From Eledone cirrhosa (lineage: Eukaryota): a stretch of DNA of 64,000 nucleotides. Under the pieces are notes generated by a model. It saw only the letters and a program-made list of their open reading frames with translations, searched no databases and had not been told where the DNA came from. A program made the position numbers and the translations under genes. Of the stretch, positions 26,501 to 39,300 are shown one piece after another. Within the stretch, counting starts at the first letter, position 1. Each line of letters starts with the position of its first letter. The stretch spans positions 134,354,001-134,418,000 of the forward strand of contig OZ024744.1 of NCBI GenBank assembly GCA_964016885.1, written 5' to 3'.

Positions 26501-27350
26501 TTTAAGTTAAGTTGGGGTTAAGTTAAGTTGGGGATAAGTTAAGTTGGGGTTAAGTTAAGTTGGGGTTAAGTTAAGTTGGGGTTAAGTTGGGGCTAAGTTA
26601 AGTTGGGGCTGAGTTAAGTTGGGGTTAAGTTAAGTTGGGGTTAAGTTAAGTTGGGGTTAATTTAAGTTGGGGTTTATTTAAGTTGGGGTTACGTTAAGTT
26701 GGTGTTAAGTTAAGTTGGGGTTAATTTAAGTTGGGGTTAATTAAGTTGGGGTTAAGTTAAGTTGGGGTTAAGTTAAGTTGGGGTTAATTTAAGTTGGGGT
26801 TGAGTTAAGTTGGGGTTAAGTTAAGTTGGGGTTATATTAAGTTGGGGTTAAGTTAAGTTGGGGTTCAGTTCAGTTGGGTATAAGTTAAGTTGGGGTTAAG
26901 TTAAGTTGGGGTTAAGTTAAGTTGGGGTTAAGTTAAGTTGGTGTTAAGTTAAGTTGGGGCTAAGTTAAGTTGGGGCTGAGTTAAGTTGGGGCTGAGTTAA
27001 GTTGGGGTTAAGTTAAGTTGGGGTCAAGTTAAGTTGGGGTTAAGTTGGGGTTAAGTTAAGTTAGGTTTATGTTAAGATGGGGTTAAGTTAAGTTGGGGTT
27101 AAGTTAAGTTGGGGTTAAGTTAATTTGTGGTTAAGTTAAGTTGGGGTTAAGTTAAGTTGGGGTTAAGTTAAGTTGGGGTTAAGTTAAGTCGGGGTTAAGT
27201 TAAGTTGGGGTTAAGTTAAGTTGGGGTTAATTTAAGTTGGGGTTAAGTTAAGTTGGGGTCAAGTTAAGTTGGGGTTAAGTTGGGGTTAAGTTAAGTTAGG
27301 TTTAAGTTAAGTTGGGGTTAAGTTAAGTTGGGGTTAAGTTAAGTTGGGGT
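18300..27350 (+). repeat. Tandem duplication of a ~4.67-kb block
   Basis: Offset 4,668 at TCGGAG 20616/25284, TTGCAG 21111/25779 and ACGT 22023/26691. The copies differ at several private variants. Boundaries approximate. Confidence 0.75.
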
Positions 27351-30300
27351 TAAGTTAAGTTGGGGTTAAGTTAAGTTGGGGTTAAGTTAAGTTGGGGATA
27401 AGTTAAGTTGGGGATAATTTAAGTTGGGGTTAAGTTAAGTTGGGTTTAAGTTAAGTTGGGGTTAATTTAAGTTGGGGTTAAGTTAAGTTGGGGTTAAGTT
27501 AAGTTGGGGTTAAGTTAAGTTGGGGTTAAGTTAAGTTGGGGCTAAGTTAAGTTGGGGCTGAGTTAAGTTGGGGTTAAGTAAAGTTGGGCTTAATTTAAGT
27601 CGGGGTTAAGTTAAGTTAGGGTTCAGTTAAGTTGGGGTTAAGTTAAGTTGGGGTTAAGTTAAGTTGGGGTTAAGTTAAGTCGGGGTTAAGTTAAGTTGGG
27701 GTTAAGTTAAGTTGGGGTTAAGTTAAGTCGGGGTTAAGTTAAGTTGGGGTTAAGTTAAGTTGGGGTTAATTTAAGTTGGGGTTAAGTTAAGTTGGGGTTA
27801 AGTTAAGTTGGGGTTAAGTTAAGATGGGGTTAATTTAAGTTGGGGTTAAGTTAAGTTGAGGTTAAGTTAAGTTGGGGTTAAATTAAGTTGGGGTTAAGTT
27901 AAGTTGGGGTTAAGTCAAGTTGGGGTTAAGTTAAGTTGGGGATAAGTTAAGTTGGGGATAATTTAAGTTGGGTTTAAGTTAAGTTGGGGTTAAGTTGAGT
28001 TGGGGTTAAGTTAAGTTGGGGTTAAGTTAAGTTGGGGTTAATTTAAGTTGGGGCTAAGTTAAGTTGGGACTGAGTTAAGTTGGCGTTAAGTTAAGTTGGG
28101 GTTAAGTTAAGTTGGGGTTAAGTTAAGTTGGAGTTTATTTAAGTTGGGGTTAAGTTAAGTTGGGGTTAAGATGGGGTTAAATTAAGTTGGGGTTAAGTTA
28201 AGTTGGGGTTAAGTTAAGTTGGGGTTAAGTTAAGTCGGGGTTAAGTTAAGTCGGGGTTAAGTTAAGTTAGGGTTCAGTTAAGTTGGGGTTAAGTTAAGTT
28301 GGGGTTAAGTTAAGTTGGGGTTGAGTTAAATTGGGGTTGAGTTAAGTTGGGGTTGAGATAAGTTGGTGTTGAGTTAAGTTGGGGTTAAGTTAAGTTGGGG
28401 TTAAGTTAATTTGTGGTTAAGTTAAGTTGGGGTTAAGTTAAGTTGGGGTTAAGTTAAGTTGGGGTTAAGTTAAGTCGGGGTTAAGTTAAGTTGGGGTTGA
28501 GTTAAGTTGGGGTTAATTTAAGTTGGGGTTAAGTTAAGTTGGGGTTAAGTTAAGTTGGGGTTAAGTTAAGTTGGGGTTAAGTTAAGTTGGGGTTAAGTTA
28601 AGTTGAGGTTAAGTTAAGTTGGGGTTAAATTAAGTTGGGGTTAAGTTAAGTTGGGGTTAAGTTAAGTTGGGGTTAAGTTAAGTTGGGGATAAGTTAAGTT
28701 GGGGATAATTTAAGTTGGGGTTAAGTTAAGTTGGGTTTAAGTTAAGTTGGGGTTAAGTTAAGTTGGGGATAAGTTAAGTTGGGGTTAAGTTAAGTTGGGG
28801 TTAAGTTAAGTTGGGGTTAAGTTGGGGCTAAGTTAAGTTGAGGCTGAGTTAAGTTGGGGTTAAGTTAAGTTGGGGTTAAGTTAAGTTGGGGTTAATTTAA
28901 GTTGGGGTTTATTTAAGTTGGGGTTACGTTAAGTTGGTGTTAAGTTAAGTTGGGGTTAATTTAAGTTGGGGTTAATTAAGTTGGGGTTAAGTTAAGTTGG
29001 GGTTAAGTTAAGTTGGGGTTAATTTAAGTTGGGGTTGAGTTAAGTTGGGGTTAAGTTAAGTTGGGGTTATATTAAGTTGGGGTTAAGTTAAGTTGGGGTT
29101 CAGTTAAGTTGGGTATAAGTTAAGTTGGGGTTAAGTTAAGTTGGGGTTAAGTTAAGTTGGGGTTAAGTTAAGTTGGTGTTAAGTTAAGTTGGGGCTAAGT
29201 TAAGTTGGGGCTGAGTTAAGTTGGGGCTGAGTTAAGTTGGGGTTAAGTTAAGTTGGGGTCAAGTTAAGTTGGGGTTAAGTTGGGGTTAAGTTAATTTAGG
29301 TTTAAGTTAAGATGGGGTTAAGTTAAGTTGGGGTTAAGTTAAGTTGGGGTTAAGTTAATTTGTGGTTAAGTTAAGTTGGGGTTAAGTTAAGTTGGGGTTA
29401 AGTTAAGTTGGGGTTAAGTTAAGTCGGGGTTAAGTTAAGTTGGGGTTAAGTTAAGTTGGGGTTAATTTAAGTTGGGGTTAAGTTAAGTTGGGGTCAAGTT
29501 AAGTTGGGGTTAAGTTGGGGTTAAGTTAAGTTAGGTTTAAGTTAAGTTGGGGTTAAGTTAAGTTGGGGTTAAGTTAAGTTGGGGTTAAGTTAAGTTGGGG
29601 TTAAGTTAAGTTGGGGTTAAGTTAATTTGTGGTTAAGTTAAGTTGGGGTTAAGTTAAGTTGGGGTTAAGTTAAGTTGGGGTTAAGTTAAGTCGGGGTTAA
29701 GTTAAGTTGGGGTTAAGTTAAGTTGGGGTTAATTTAAGTTGGGGTTAAGTTAAGTTGGGGTTAAGTTAAGTTGGGGTTAAGTTAATTTGTGGTTAAGTTA
29801 AGTTGGGGTTAAGTTAAGTTGGGGTTAAGTTAAGTTGGGGTTAAGTTAAGTCGGGGTTAAGTTAAGTTGGGGTTAAGTTAAGTTGGGGTTAATTTAAGTT
29901 GGGGTTAAGTTAAGTTGGGGTCAAGTTAAGTTGGGGTTAAGTTGGGGTTAAGTTAAGTTAGGTTTAAGTTAAGTTGGGGTTAAGTTAAGTTGGGGTTAAG
30001 TTAAGTTGGGGTTAAGTTAAGTTGGGGTTAAGTTAAGTTGGGGTTAAGTTAATTTGTGGTTAAGTTAAGTTGGGGTTAAGTTAAGTTGGGGTTAAGTTAA
30101 GTTGGGGTTAAGTTAAGTCGGGGTTAAGTTAAGTTGGGGTTAAGTTAAGTTGGGGTTAATTTAAGTTGGGGTTAAGTTAAGTTGGGGTTAAGTTAAGTTG
30201 GGGTTAAATTAAGTTGGGGTTAAGTTAAGTTGGGGTTAAGTCAAGTTGGGGTTAAGTTAAGTTGGGGATAAGTTAAGTTGGGGATAATTTAAGTTGGGGT

Positions 30301-33300
30301 TAAGTTAAGTTGGGTTTAAGTTAAGTTGGGGTTAATTTAAGTTGGGGTTAAGTTAAGTTGGGGTTAAGTTAAGTTGGGGTTAAGTTAAGTTGGGGTTAAG
30401 TTAAGTTGGGGCTAAGTTAAGTTGGGGCTGAGTTAAGTTGGGGTTAAGTAAAGTTGGGCTTAATTTAAGTCGGGGTTAAGTTAAGTTAGGGTTCAGTTAA
30501 GTTGGGGTTAAGTTAAGTTGGGGTTAAGTTAAGTTGGGGTTAAGTTAAGTCGGGGTTAAGTTAAGTTGGGGTTAAGTTAAGTTGGGGTTAAGTTAAGTCG
30601 GGGTTAAGTTAAGTTGGGGTTAAGTTAAGTTGGGGTTAATTTAAGTTGGGGTTAAGTTAAGTTGGGGTTAAGTTAAGTTGGGGTTAAGTTAAGATGGGGT
30701 TAATTTAAGTTGGGGTTAAGTTAAGTTGAGGTTAAGTTAAGTTGGGGTTAAATTAAGTTGGGGTTAAGTTAAGTTGGGGTTAAGTCAAGTTGGGGTTAAG
30801 TTAAGTTGGGGATAAGTTAAGTTGGGGATAATTTAAGTTGGGTTTAAGTTAAGTTGGGGTTAAGTTGAGTTGGGGTTAAGTTAAGTTGGGGTTAAGTTAA
30901 GTTGGGGTTAATTTAAGTTGGGGCTAAGTTAAGTTGGGACTGAGTTAAGTTGGGGTTAAGTTAAGTTGGGGTTAAGTTAAGTTGGGGTTAAGTTAAGTTG
31001 GAGTTTATTTAAGTTGGGGTTAAGTTAAGTTGGGGTTAAGATGGGGTTAAATTAAGTTGGGGTTAAGTTAAGTTGGGGTTAAGTTAAGTTGGGGTTAAGT
31101 TAAGTTGGGGTTAAGTTAAGTCGGGGTTAAGTTAAGTCGGGGTTAAGTTAAGTTAGGGTTCAGTTAAGTTGGGGTTAAGTTAAGTTGGGGTTAAGTTAAG
31201 TTCGGGTTAAGTTAAATTGGGGTTGAGTTAAGTTGGGGTTGAGATAAGTTGGTGTTGAGTTAAGTTGGGGTTAAGTTAAGTTGGGGTTAAGTTAATTTGT
31301 GGTTAAGTTAAGTTGGGGTTAAGTTAAGTTGGGGTTAAGTTAAGTTGGGGTTAAGTTAAGTCGGGGTTAAGTTAAGTTGGGGTTGAGTTAAGTTGGGGTT
31401 AATTTAAGTTGGGGTTAAGTTAAGTTGGGGTTAAGTTAAGTTGGGGTTAAGTTAAGTTGGGGTTAAGTTAAGTTGGGGTTAAGTTAAGTTGAGGTTAAGT
31501 TAAGTTGGGGTTAAATTAAGTTGGGGTTAAGTTAAGTTGGGGTTAAGTTAAGTTGGGGTTAAGTTAAGTTGGGGATAAGTTAAGTTGGGGATAATTTAAG
31601 TTGGGGTTAAGTTAAGTTGGGTTTAAGTTAAGTTGGGGTTAAGTTAAGTTGGGGATAAGTTAAGTTGGGGTTAAGTTAAGTTGGGGTTAAGTTAAGTTGG
31701 GGTTAAGTTGGGGCTAAGTTAAGTTGGGGCTGAGTTAAGTTGGGGTTAAGTTAAGTTGGGGTTAAGTTAAGTTGGGGTTAATTTAAGTTGGGGTTTATTT
31801 AAGTTGGGGTTACGTTAAGTTGGTGTTAAGTTAAGTTGGGGTTAATTTAAGTTGGGGTTAATTAAGTTGGGGTTAAGTTAAGTTGGGGTTAAGTTAAGTT
31901 GGGGTTAATTTAAGTTGGGGTTGAGTTAAGTTGGGGTTAAGTTAAGTTGGGGTTATATTAAGTTGGGGTTAAGTTAAGTTGGGGTTCAGTTAAGTTGGGT
32001 ATAAGTTAAGTTGGGGTTAAGTTAAGTTGGGGTTAAGTTAAGTTGGGGTTAAGTTAAGTTGGTGTTAAGTTAAGTTGGGGCTAAGTTAAGTTGGGGCTGA
32101 GTTAAGTTGGGGCTGAGTTAAGTTGGGGTTAAGTTAAGTTGGGGTCAAGTTAAGTTGGGGTTAAGTTGGGGTTAAGTTAAGTTAGGTTTAAGTTAAGATG
32201 GGGTTAAGTTAAGTTGGGGTTAAGTTAAGTTGGGGTTAAGTTAATTTGTGGTTAAGTTAAGTTGGGGTTAAGTTAAGTTGGGGTTAAGTTAAGTTGGGGT
32301 TAAGTTAAGTCGGGGTTAAGTTAAGTTGGGGTTAAGTTAAGTTGGGGTTAAGTTGGGGCTAAGTTAAGTTGGGGCTGAGTTAAGTTGGGGTTAAGTTAAG
32401 TTGGGGTTAAGTTAAGTTGGGGTTAATTTAAGTTGGGGTTTATTTAAGTTGGGGTTACGTTAAGTTGGTGTTAAGTTAAGTTGGGGTTAATTTAAGTTGG
32501 GGTTAATTAAGTTGGGGTTAAGTTAAGTTGGGGTTAAGTTAAGTTGGGGTTAATTTAAGTTGGGGTTGAGTTAAGTTGGGGTTAAGTTAAGTTGGGGTTA
32601 TATTAAGTTGGGGTTAAGTTAAGTTGGGGTTCAGTTCAGTTGGGTATAAGTTAAGTTGGGGTTAAGTTAAGTTGGGGTTAAGTTAAGTTGGGGTTAAGTT
32701 AAGTTGGTGTTAAGTTAAGTTGGGGCTAAGTTAAGTTGGGGCTGAGTTAAGTTGGGGCTGAGTTAAGTTGGGGTTAAGTTAAGTTGGGGTCAAGTTAAGT
32801 TGGGGTTAAGTTGGGGTTAAGTTAAGTTAGGTTTAAGTTAAGATGGGGTTAAGTTAAGTTGGGGTTAAGTTAAGTTGGGGTTAAGTTAATTTGTGGTTAA
32901 GTTAAGTTGGGGTTAAGTTAAGTTGGGGTTAAGTTAAGTTGGGGTTAAGTTAAGTCGGGGTTAAGTTAAGTTGGGGTTAAGTTAAGTTGGGGTTAATTTA
33001 AGTTGGGGTTAAGTTAAGTTGGGGTCAAGTTAAGTTGGGGTTAAGTTGGGGTTAAGTTAAGTTAGGTTTAAGTTAAGTTGGGGTTAAGTTAAGTTGGGGT
33101 TAAGTTAAGTTGGGGTTAAGTTAAGTTGGGGTTAAGTTAAGTTGGGGTTAAGTTAAGTTGGGGATAAGTTAAGTTGGGGATAATTTAAGTTGGGGTTAAG
33201 TTAAGTTGGGTTTAAGTTAAGTTGGGGTTAATTTAAGTTGGGGTTAAGTTAAGTTGGGGTTAAGTTAAGTTGGGGTTAAGTTAAGTTGGGGTTAAGTTAA

Positions 33301-36300
33301 GTTGGGGCTAAGTTAAGTTGGGGCTGAGTTAAGTTGGGGTTAAGTAAAGTTGGGCTTAATTTAAGTCGGGGTTAAGTTAAGTTAGGGTTCAGTTAAGTTG
33401 GGGTTAAGTTAAGTTGGGGTTAAGTTAAGTTGGGGTTAAGTTAAGTCGGGGTTAAGTTAAGTTGGGGTTAAGTTAAGTTGGGGTTAAGTTAAGTCGGGGT
33501 TAAGTTAAGTTGGGGTTAAGTTAAGTTGGGGTTAATTTAAGTTGGGGTTAAGTTAAGTTGGGGTTAAGTTAAGTTGGGGTTAAGTTAAGATGGGGTTAAT
33601 TTAAGTTGGGGTTAAGTTAAGTTGAGGTTAAGTTAAGTTGGGGTTAAATTAAGTTGGGGTTAAGTTAAGTTGGGGTTAAGTCAAGTTGGGGTTAAGTTAA
33701 GTTGGGGATAAGTTAAGTTGGGGATAATTTAAGTTGGGGTTAAGTTAAGTTGGGTTTAAGTTAAGTTGGGGTTAAGTTAAGTTGGGGTTAAGTTAAGTTG
33801 GGGTTAAGTTAAGTTGGGGTTAAGTTAAGTTGGGGTTAAGTTAAGTTGTGGCTAAGTTAAGTTGGGGCTGAGTTAAGTTGGGGTTAAGTTAAGTTGGGCT
33901 TAATTTAAGTTGGGGTTAAGTTAAGTTAGGGTTCAGTTAAGTTGGGGTTAAGTTAAGTTGGGGTTAAGTTAAGTTGGGGTTAAGTTAAGTCGGGGTTAAG
34001 TTAAGTTGGGGTTAAGTTAAGTTGGGGTTAAGTTAAGTCGGGGTTAAGTTAAGTTGGGGTTAAGTTAAGTTGGGGTTAATTTAAGTTGGGGTTAAGTTAA
34101 TTTGGGGTTAAGTTAAGTTGGGGTTAAGTTAAGATGGGGTTAATTTAAGTTGGGGTTAAGTTAAGTTGAGGTTAAGTTAAGTTGGGGTTAAATTAAGTTG
34201 GGGTTAAGTTAAGTTGGGGTTAAGTCAAGTTGGGGTTAAGTTAAGTTGGGGATAAGTTAAGTTGGGGATAATTTAAGTTGGGTTTAAGTTAAGTTGGGGT
34301 TAAGTTGAGTTGGGGTTAAGTTAAGTTGGGGTTAAGTTAAGTTGGGGTTAATTTAAATTGGGGCTAAGTTAAGTTGGGACTGAGTTAAGTTGGGGTTAAG
34401 TTAAGTTGGGGTTAAGTTAAGTTGGAGTTTATTTAAGTTGGGGTTAAGTTAAGTTGGGGTTCAGTTAAGTTGGGGTTAAGTTAAGTTGGGGTTAAGATGG
34501 GGTTAAATTAAGTTGGGGTTAAGTTAAGTTGGGGTTAAGTTAAGTTGGGGTTAAGTTAAGTCGGGGTTAAGTTAAGTCGGGGTTAAGTTAAGTTAGGGTT
34601 CAGTTAAGTTGGGGTTAAGTTAAGTTGGGGTTGAGTTAAGTTGGGGTTGAGTTAAATTGGGGTTGAGTTAAGTTGGGGTTGAGTTAAGTTGGTGTTGAGT
34701 TAAGTTGGGGTTAAGTTAAGTTGGGGTTAAGTTAATTTGTGGTTAAGTTAAGTTGGGGTTAAGTTAAGTTGGGATTAAGTTAAGTTGGGGTTAAGTTAAG
34801 TCGGGGTTAAGTTAAGTTGGGGTTGAGTTAAGTTGGGGTTAATTTAAGTTGGGGTTAAGTTAAGTTGGGGTTAAGTTAAGTTGGGGTTAAGTTAAGTTGG
34901 GGTTAAGTTAAGTTGGGGCTAGGTTAAGTTGGGGCTGAGTTAAGTTGGGGTTAAGTTAAGTTGGGGTTAAGTTAAGTTGGGGTTAATTTAAGTTGGGGTT
35001 TATTTAAGTTGGGGTTACGTTAAGTTGGTGTTAAGTTAAGTTGGGGTTAATTTAAGTTGGGGTTAATTAAGTTGGGGTTAAGTTAAGTTGGGGTTAAGTT
35101 AAGTTGGGGTTAAGTTAAGTTGGGGTTCAGTTAAGTTGGGTATAAGTTAAGTTGGGTATAAGTTAAGTTGGGGTTAAGTTAAGTTGGGGTTAAGTTAAGT
35201 TGGTGTTAAGTTAAGTTGGGGCTAAGTTAAGTTGGGGCTGAGTTAAGTTGGGGTTAAGTTAAGTTGGGGTCAAGTTAAGTTGGGGTTAAGTTGGGGTTAA
35301 GTTAAGTTAGGTTTAAGTTAAGATGGGGTTAAGTTAAGTTGGGGTTAAGTTAAGTTGGGGTTAAGTTAATTTGTGGTTAAGTTAAGTTGGGGTTAAGTTA
35401 AGTTGGGGTTAAGTTAAGTTGGGGTTAAGTTAAGTCGGGGTTAAGTTAAGTTGGGGTTAAGTTAAGTTGGGGTTAATTTAAGTTGGGGTTAAGTTAAGTT
35501 GGGGTCAAGTTAAGTTGGGGTTAAGTTGGGGTTAAGTTAAGTTAGGTTTAAGTTAAGTTGGGGTTAAGTTAAGTTGGGGTTAAGTTAAGTTGGGGTTAAA
35601 TTAAGTTGGGGTTAAGTTAAGTTGGGGTTAAGTTAATTTGTGGTTAAGTTAAGTTGGGGTTAAGTTAAGTTGGGGTTAAGTTAAGTTGGGGTTAAGTTAA
35701 GTCGGGGTTAAGTTAAGTTGGGGTTAAGTTAAGTTGGGGTTAATTTAAGTTGGGGTTAAGTTAAGTTGGGGTTAAGTTAAGTTGGGGTTAAATTAAGTTG
35801 GGGTTAAGTTAAGTTGGGGTTAAGTCAAGTTGGGGTTAAGTTAAGTTGGGGATAAGTTAAGTTGGGGATAATTTAAGTTGGGGTTAAGTTAAGTTGGGTT
35901 TAAGTTAAGTTGGGGTTAAGTTAAGTTGGGGTTAAGTTAAGTTGGGGTTAAGTTAAGTTGGGGTTAAGTTAAGTTGGGGTTAAGTTAAGTTGGGGCTAAG
36001 TTAAGTTGGGGCTGAGTTAAGTTGGGGTTAAGTTAAGTTGGGCTTAATTTAAGTCGGGGTTAAGTTAAGTTAGGGTTCAGTTAAGTTGGGGTTAAGTTAA
36101 GTTGGGGTTAAGTTAAGTTGGGGTTAAGTTAAGTCGGGGTTAAGTTAAGTTGGGGTTAAGTTAAGTTGGGGTTAAGTTAAGTCGGGGTTAAGTTAAGTTG
36201 GGGTTAAGTTAAGTTGGGGTTAATTTAAGTTGGGGTTAAGTTAAGTTGGGGTTAAGTTAAGTTGGGGTTAAGTTAAGATGGGGTTAATTTAAGTTGGGGT

Positions 36301-39300
36301 TAAGTTAAGTTGAGGTTAAGTTAAGTTGGGGTTAAATTAAGTTGGGGTTAAGTTAAGTTGGGGTTAAGTCAAGTTGGGGTTAAGTTAAGTTGGGGATAAG
36401 TTAAGTTGGGGATAATTTAAGTTGGGTTTAAGTTAAGTTGGGGTTAAGTTGAGTTGGGGTTAAGTTAAGTTGGGGTTAAGTTAAGTTGGGGTTAATTTAA
36501 GTTGGGGCTAAGTTAAGTTGGGACTGAGTTAAGTTGGGGTTAAGTTAAGTTGGGGTTAAGTTAAGTTGGGGTTAAGTTAAGTTGGAGTTTATTTAAGTTG
36601 GGGTTAAGTTAAGTTGGGGTTCAGTTAAGTTGGGGTTAAGTTAAGTTGGGGTTAAGATGGGGTTAAATTAAGTTGGGGTTAAGTTAAGTTGGGGTTAAGT
36701 TAAGTTGGGGTTAAGTTAAGTCGGGGTTAAGTTAAGTCGGGGTTAAGTTAAGTTAGGGTTCAGTTAAGTTGGGGTTAAGTTAAGTTGGGGTTGAGTTAAG
36801 TTGGGGTTGAGTTAAATTGGGGTTGAGTTAAGTTGGGGTTGAGTTAAGTTGGTGTTGAGTTAAGTTGGGGTTAAGTTAAGTTGGGGTTAAGTTAATTTGT
36901 GGTTAAGTTAAGTTGGGGTTAAGTTAAGTTGGGGTTAAGTTAAGTTGGGGTTAAGTTAAGTCGGGGTTAAGTTAAGTTGGGGTTGAGTTAAGTTGGGGTT
37001 AATTTAAGTTGGGGTTAAGTTAAGTTGGGGTTAAGTTAAGTTGGGGTTAAGTTAAGTTGGGGTTAAGTTAAGTTGGGCTTAAGTTAAGTTGAGGTTAAGT
37101 TAAGTTGGGGTTAAATTAAGTTGGGGTTAAGTTAAGTTGGGGTTAAGTTAAGTTGGGGTTAAGTTAAGTTGGGGATAAGTTAAGTTGGGGTTAAGTTAAG
37201 TTGGGGTTAAGTTAAGTTGGGGTTAAGTTAAGTTGGGGTTAAGTTAAGTCGGGGTTAAGTTAAGTTGGGGTTAAGTTAAGTTGGGGTTAAGTTAAGTTGG
37301 GGTTAAGTTAAGTTGGGGTCAAGTTAAGTTGGGGTTAAGTTGGGGTTAAGTTAAGTTAGGTTTAAGTTAAGTTGGGGTTAAGTTAAGTTGGGGTTAAGTT
37401 AAGTTGGGGTTAAGTTAAGTTGGGGTTAAGTTAATTTGTGGTTAAGTTAAGTTGGGGTTAAGTTAAGTTGGGGTTAAGTTAAGTTGGGGTTAAGTTAAGT
37501 CGGAGTTAATTTAAGTTGGGGTTAAGTTAAGTTGGGGTTAATTTAAGTTGGGGTTAAGTTAAGTTGGGGTTAAGTTAAGTTGGGGTTAAATTAAGTTGGG
37601 GTTAAGTTAAGTTGGGGTTAAGTCAAGTTGGGGTTAAGTTAAGTTGGGGATAAGTTAAGTTGGGGATAATTTAAGTTGGGGTTAAGTTAAGTTGGGTTTA
37701 AGTTAAGTTGGGGTTAAGTTAAGTTGGGGTTAAGTTAAGTTGGGGTTAAGTTAAGTTGGGGTTAAGTTAAGTTGGGGTTAAGTTAAGTTGGGGCTGAGTT
37801 AAGTTGGGGTTAAGTTAAGTTGGGCTTAATTTAAGTCGGGGTTAAGTTAAGTTAGGGTTCAGTTAAGTTGGGGTTAAGTTAAGTTGGGGTTGAGTTAAGT
37901 TGGGGTTGAGTTAAATTGGGGTTGAGTTAAGTTGGGGTTGAGTTAAGTTGGTGTTGAGTTAAGTTGGGGTTAAGTTAAGTTGGGGTTAAGTTAAGTTGCA
38001 GTTAAGTTAAGTTGAGGTTAAGTTAAGGTGCGGTTAAGTTAAGTTGGGGTTAAGTTAAGTTGGGGCTAAGTTAAGTTGGGGCTAAGTTAAGTTGGGGCTA
38101 AGTTAAGTTGGGGTTAAGTTAAGTTGGGGTTAAGTTAAGTTGGGGTTAATTTAAGTTGGGGTTAAGTTAAGTTGGGGTTAAGTTAAGTTGGGGTTAAGTT
38201 AAGTTGGGGTTAAGTTAAGTCGGGGTTAAGTTAAGTCGGGGTTAAGTTAAGTTAGGGTTCAGTTAAGTTGGGGTTAAGTTAAGTTTGGGTTGAGTTAAGT
38301 TGGGGTTGAGTTAAATTGGGGTTGAGTTAAGTTGGGGTTGAGTTAAGTTGGTGTTGAGTTAAGTTGGGGTTAAGTTAAGTTGGGGTTAAGTTAATTTGTG
38401 GTTAAGTTAAGTTGGGGTTAAGTTAAGTTGGGGTTAAGTTAAGTTGGGGTTAAGTTAAGTCGGGGTTAAGTTAAGTTGGGGTTGAGTTAAGTTGGGGTTA
38501 ATTTAAGTTGGGGTTAAGTTAAGTTGGGGTTAAGTTAAGTTGGGGTTAAGTTAAGTTGGGGTTAAGTTAAGTTGGGGTTAAGTTAAGTTGAGGTTAAGTT
38601 AAGTTGGGGTTAAATTAAGTTGGGGTTAAGTTAAGTTGGGGTTAAGTTAAGTTGGGGTTAAGTTAAGTTGGGGATAAGTTAAGTTGGGGATAATTTAAGT
38701 TGGGGTTAAGTTAAGTTGGGTTTAAGTTAAGTTGGGGTTAAGTTAAGTTGGGGATAAGTTAAGTTGGGGTTAAGTTAAGTTGGGGTTAAGTTAAGTTGGG
38801 GTTAAGTTGGGGCTAAGTTAAGTTGGGGCTGAGTTAAGTTGGGGTTAAGTTAAGTTGGGGTTAAGTTAAGTTGGGGTTAATTTAAGTTGGGGTTTATTTA
38901 AGTTGGGGTTACGTTAAGTTGGTGTTAAGTTAAGTTGGGGTTAATTTAAGTTGGGGTTAATTAAGTTGGGGTTAAGTTAAGTTGGGGTTAAGTTAAGTTG
39001 GGGTTAATTTAAGTTGGGGTTGAGTTAAGTTGGGGTTAAGTTAAGTTGGGGTTATATTAAGTTGGGGTTAAGTTAAGTTGGGGTTCAGTTAAGTTGGGTA
39101 TAAGTTAAGTTGGGGTTAAGTTAAGTTGGGGTTAAGTTAAGTTGGGGTTAAGTTAAGTTGGTGTTAAGTTAAGTTGGGGCTAAGTTAAGTTGGGGCTGAG
39201 TTAAGTTGGGGCTGAGTTAAGTTGGGGTTAAGTTAAGTTGGGGTCAAGTTAAGTTGGGGTTAAGTTGGGGTTAAGTTAAGTTAGGTTTAAGTTAAGATGG

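Noticed and set aside
31700-33000. Independent 645-bp duplication (ACGT 31812/32457 and 50903/51548)
   Set aside because: The second copy carries TTCAGTTCAG matching 26871 at +5,766, so this is better explained as the junction of the 5.77-kb duplication.
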